Below are positions 41,534-43,862 of a DNA stretch of 43,862 bases, in pieces. The position numbers and the translations under genes are program-made. Each line of letters begins with the position of its first letter. Positions within the stretch are counted from its first letter, which is position 1. Origin of the DNA: a virus. Location of the stretch: the IMG/VR virus record IMGVR_UViG_3300045988_028422; one strand, written 5' to 3'. The notes under the pieces were generated by a model. The model was given only the letters and a program-made list of their open reading frames with translations, did not search any database and was not told the origin of the DNA.

Positions 41534-43862
41534 ATGGCTTCCACTATTATCATCTATGAGGGGGACGGTACTAGAACTGACTTTACCGTCCCCTTTGATT
41601 ATCTAAAGAAGTCTTTCGTTACTGTACGATTAGGCACTGGCACTACTCTTACTGGGGGTGACTATGGTGATACCGGCAGTGACTATTACTTCCTAGATAA
41701 AACTACGATTAGACTTAAGGTAGCTCCTGCATCAGGAGAATCCTTAACAATCCGAAGATATACCTCAGCTACTGAACGAGTAGTCACCTTTAAGGATGCC
41801 TCCATTCTTAAGGCTACTGACTTGGATACGTCTCAGGTGCAGGCATTTCATATCGCTGAAGAAGGTCGAGATATCCTTGAGGATTCCCTTAGTGTCAACC
41901 GAGAGGGAAACTGGGACGCTAAGAATAAGAGAGTTGTTAACTTAGCTGATCCAGTGGATCCTCAGGATGCCCTTACTAAGGCTTACTATGATGCCGATTC
42001 TCAGAAGGTTCAAGCTAACCGTGATGAAACTGAGAAGTTCATGCAGAGAGCTGAGACTGCTGCAGACAATGCCAAAGCATCTGAAGTATCTGCAAGTAAG
42101 TCTGAAGCTAACGCAAAGGCATCTGCAGGTACTGCTGTCTCTGCTGCAGGTAAGACTGAGACACTTCATGCAAATACTCAGATTCTTCATGATAAGGCTG
42201 TAGTCTCTGCAGATAGCGCTAAGACTTCCGAGACTAACGCTAAGGCATCTGAAGTAGCCTCAAAGAAATCTGAAGAGAATTCTAAGACTAGTGAAATTAG
42301 TGCTAAGACTTCAGAGACTAACGCTAAGCAATCTGAAGCTAACGCAAAGGCATCTGAAGAGGTAGCTAAGGAATCTGCAGACTACGTAAAGGAAACTGCT
42401 GGTGTAGTAGTTCCTATTGCCCCTGAGATTAAGATTGTCGCTAATAACATCACTCATGTTCAAACTACCTCGAATAACATTAAGGATGTTAACTTAGTTG
42501 GAGGTGACTTAGAGGGATCCTTTGGTATCTCTACGTTCCTTGACTATGGTGACTTAGGAGATACTTCAGGTACTATTCCTACGATCACTGGTGGCAACAT
42601 TAAGGTAGTTGCAGACAATATTGAGGATGTTCGTACAGTAGCTGGCCTTGCAGATGATTTCCAGACTGTTATCAACTCTGTAGAGACTGTTACTAGTCTT
42701 ACTACTAGAGCTGAGACTGCTGCTACTACTGCTACTACTAAAGCTACTGAAGCTTCCAATAGTGCAACTAAAGCAGCCTCTAGTGCTACTGCAGCTTCCA
42801 CTAGTGCAACTACTGCTGCTACACAGGCTACTACTGCTACCTCTCAGGCTACCTTAGCTAAGAATTGGGCTATTAAGACTGACGGTACGGTTGATGGTAC
42901 AGAGTATTCAGCTAAGTACTATGCTAACCTTGCAAAGACTGAAGGTGGTTCTGCTGTTACTGATGCTCAAGCTACAGCCTTAGAAGCCATCAAGAATCAG
43001 CAGACTACTTCGGTAACTGCGGTACAAACTGCACAGACTACTGCTACTACTGAGATCACAGATGCTCAGGCTACAGCTTTAGAGGCTCTGCAGACACAGC
43101 AGACCTCTTCAGTCAATGCAGTAAAGAAGCAACAGACTGCTTCGGTAACTGCTGTCAACACTGCGGGGACTACTCAGGTCAAGAATGTTAATGATGCAGG
43201 CACTGCACAGGTTACTGCTATTACTACTGAAGGTTCCTCTCAGGTAGGTCTAGTGACTGCTGAAGGTGACAAACAGGTAGCTAGAGTAACTGAAGCTAAC
43301 TCTATGTTAGACAGTAAGGTTACTGCAGCTTCCAATAGTGCTACTGCAGCGACCACTAGTGCAACTAATGCTAAAGCTAGTGAAACTAATGCTGCCTCTA
43401 GTGCAACTAAAGCAGCCTCTAGTGCTGCCTCAGCTTCCACTAGTGCAACTAATGCTAGCAACAGTGCTACTGCAGCGGCTACTAGTGCAACTACTGCAGG
43501 TACCTCAGCAACTAACGCTGGTGCTTCTGCAGACAGCGCAGAGGCTAGTGCTACTGAGGCTACCACTCAGGCTGAAAGAGCTAAGGAATATGCTGAACAA
43601 GCTTCCACTGGACAGATTCAGGCAGACTGGTCAGAGACTGATAATACTGCTAAGTCGTTCATTAAGAATAAGCCTTCAGTTAACACTTACAATGTCGTGT
43701 TAGCTGAACTGCAGGAAGGCACTAAGACTACCTTTGGTTACGTCACTGCGGCAGGCATTAGAGGAGCTATTAAGAAATGGGCACCTACTGATGTAGATAT
43801 CTCTGGTAAGGCTGATAAGACCTATGTAGATGAACAACTTGCAACTAAACAGCCTACAGGGG
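41534..43862 (+). CDS. Tail fibre protein (gp17-like), N-terminal 776 codons; runs off the window end and continues at base 44
   Basis: N-terminus MASTIIIYEGDGTRTDFTVPFDYLKKSFVTVRL.. and ..VVNLADPVDPQDALTKAYYD match the T7 gp17 adaptor domain. Long A/S/T-rich repeats follow, with no stop codon to the end of the window. Confidence 0.9.
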   Translation, partial: MASTIIIYEGDGTRTDFTVPFDYLKKSFVTVRLGTGTTLTGGDYGDTGSDYYFLDKTTIRLKVAPASGESLTIRRYTSATERVVTFKDASILKATDLDTSQVQAFHIAEEGRDILEDSLSVNREGNWDAKNKRVVNLADPVDPQDALTKAYYDADSQKVQANRDETEKFMQRAETAADNAKASEVSASKSEANAKASAGTAVSAAGKTETLHANTQILHDKAVVSADSAKTSETNAKASEVASKKSEENSKTSEISAKTSETNAKQSEANAKASEEVAKESADYVKETAGVVVPIAPEIKIVANNITHVQTTSNNIKDVNLVGGDLEGSFGISTFLDYGDLGDTSGTIPTITGGNIKVVADNIEDVRTVAGLADDFQTVINSVETVTSLTTRAETAATTATTKATEASNSATKAASSATAASTSATTAATQATTATSQATLAKNWAIKTDGTVDGTEYSAKYYANLAKTEGGSAVTDAQATALEAIKNQQTTSVTAVQTAQTTATTEITDAQATALEALQTQQTSSVNAVKKQQTASVTAVNTAGTTQVKNVNDAGTAQVTAITTEGSSQVGLVTAEGDKQVARVTEANSMLDSKVTAASNSATAATTSATNAKASETNAASSATKAASSAASASTSATNASNSATAAATSATTAGTSATNAGASADSAEASATEATTQAERAKEYAEQASTGQIQADWSETDNTAKSFIKNKPSVNTYNVVLAELQEGTKTTFGYVTAAGIRGAIKKWAPTDVDISGKADKTYVDEQLATKQPTG

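Noticed and set aside
41523-41545. Promoter-like taatggcttccactattatcatc at the fibre gene start, and tctccccctatag at 6391-6403
   Set aside because: Only the CCACTA / TCTCC cores match; the initiation region (CTAGAGAGA) is absent. These are likely chance matches within or at coding sequence.
42544-43566. Ala/Val/Leu-rich minus-strand ORFs (42544-42801, 43240-43566) and +2-frame ORF 43338-43703 in the tail-fibre repeats
   Set aside because: They are by-products of the GCT/ACT/AGT-rich repeat shaft of the fibre gene. The translations are pure low complexity.

Overview
The window is an essentially complete genome of a lytic T7-like podophage with an Autographiviridae-type layout. Bases 1-43 are identical to 43820-43862, so the contig is circularly closed inside the tail-fibre gene and the unique length is 43,819 bp. 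All credible genes lie on the + strand.

Gene order, starting from the probable physical left end (about 9.3-10.2 kb):
- A non-coding concatemer-junction-like region, then three sigma70-type early promoters interleaved with small early genes.
- Single-subunit RNA polymerase, then SSB, endonuclease I, an amidase, an embedded Rz/Rz1 spanin pair, and two tRNAs: Arg-UCU and Leu-UAA.
- ThyX, primase/helicase, a C5 DNA methyltransferase, DNA polymerase, a gp5.7-like protein and the 5'-3' exonuclease.
- gp6.7/gp7.3-like proteins interrupted by a GNAT gene, then portal, scaffold, capsid, tail tube A/B and internal virion proteins gp13-16.
- A tail fibre that wraps the contig end, a Tfa-like chaperone, an accessory island (unknown cassette, nrdD, nrdG, MazG-like), the holin, and small and large terminase.

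The main result is three group I introns, in nrdD, terL and DNA polymerase. Each has a readable P1 helix with a U.G splice-site wobble, a terminal G and an AAGAUAUAGUCC-like core element. Each carries a different homing endonuclease: NUMOD4/HNH_3, GIY-YIG and HNH. The three ribozymes share sequence blocks and show compensatory stem changes, so they look like one intron family that has colonised three essential genes.

Other points of interest:
- A recurrent phage-promoter motif, ATCTCCAYTMCTAGAGAGA.
- An origin-like iteron/AT-rich region upstream of the RNAP gene.
- A hairpin-bounded three-gene cassette of unknown function.
- An AT-rich GNAT moron.
- A chimeric tail fibre with a chaperone gene.

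No integrase, repressor, CRISPR array or rRNA was seen. All homology statements come from my reading of the translations and recalled T7-family sequences, not from database searches.
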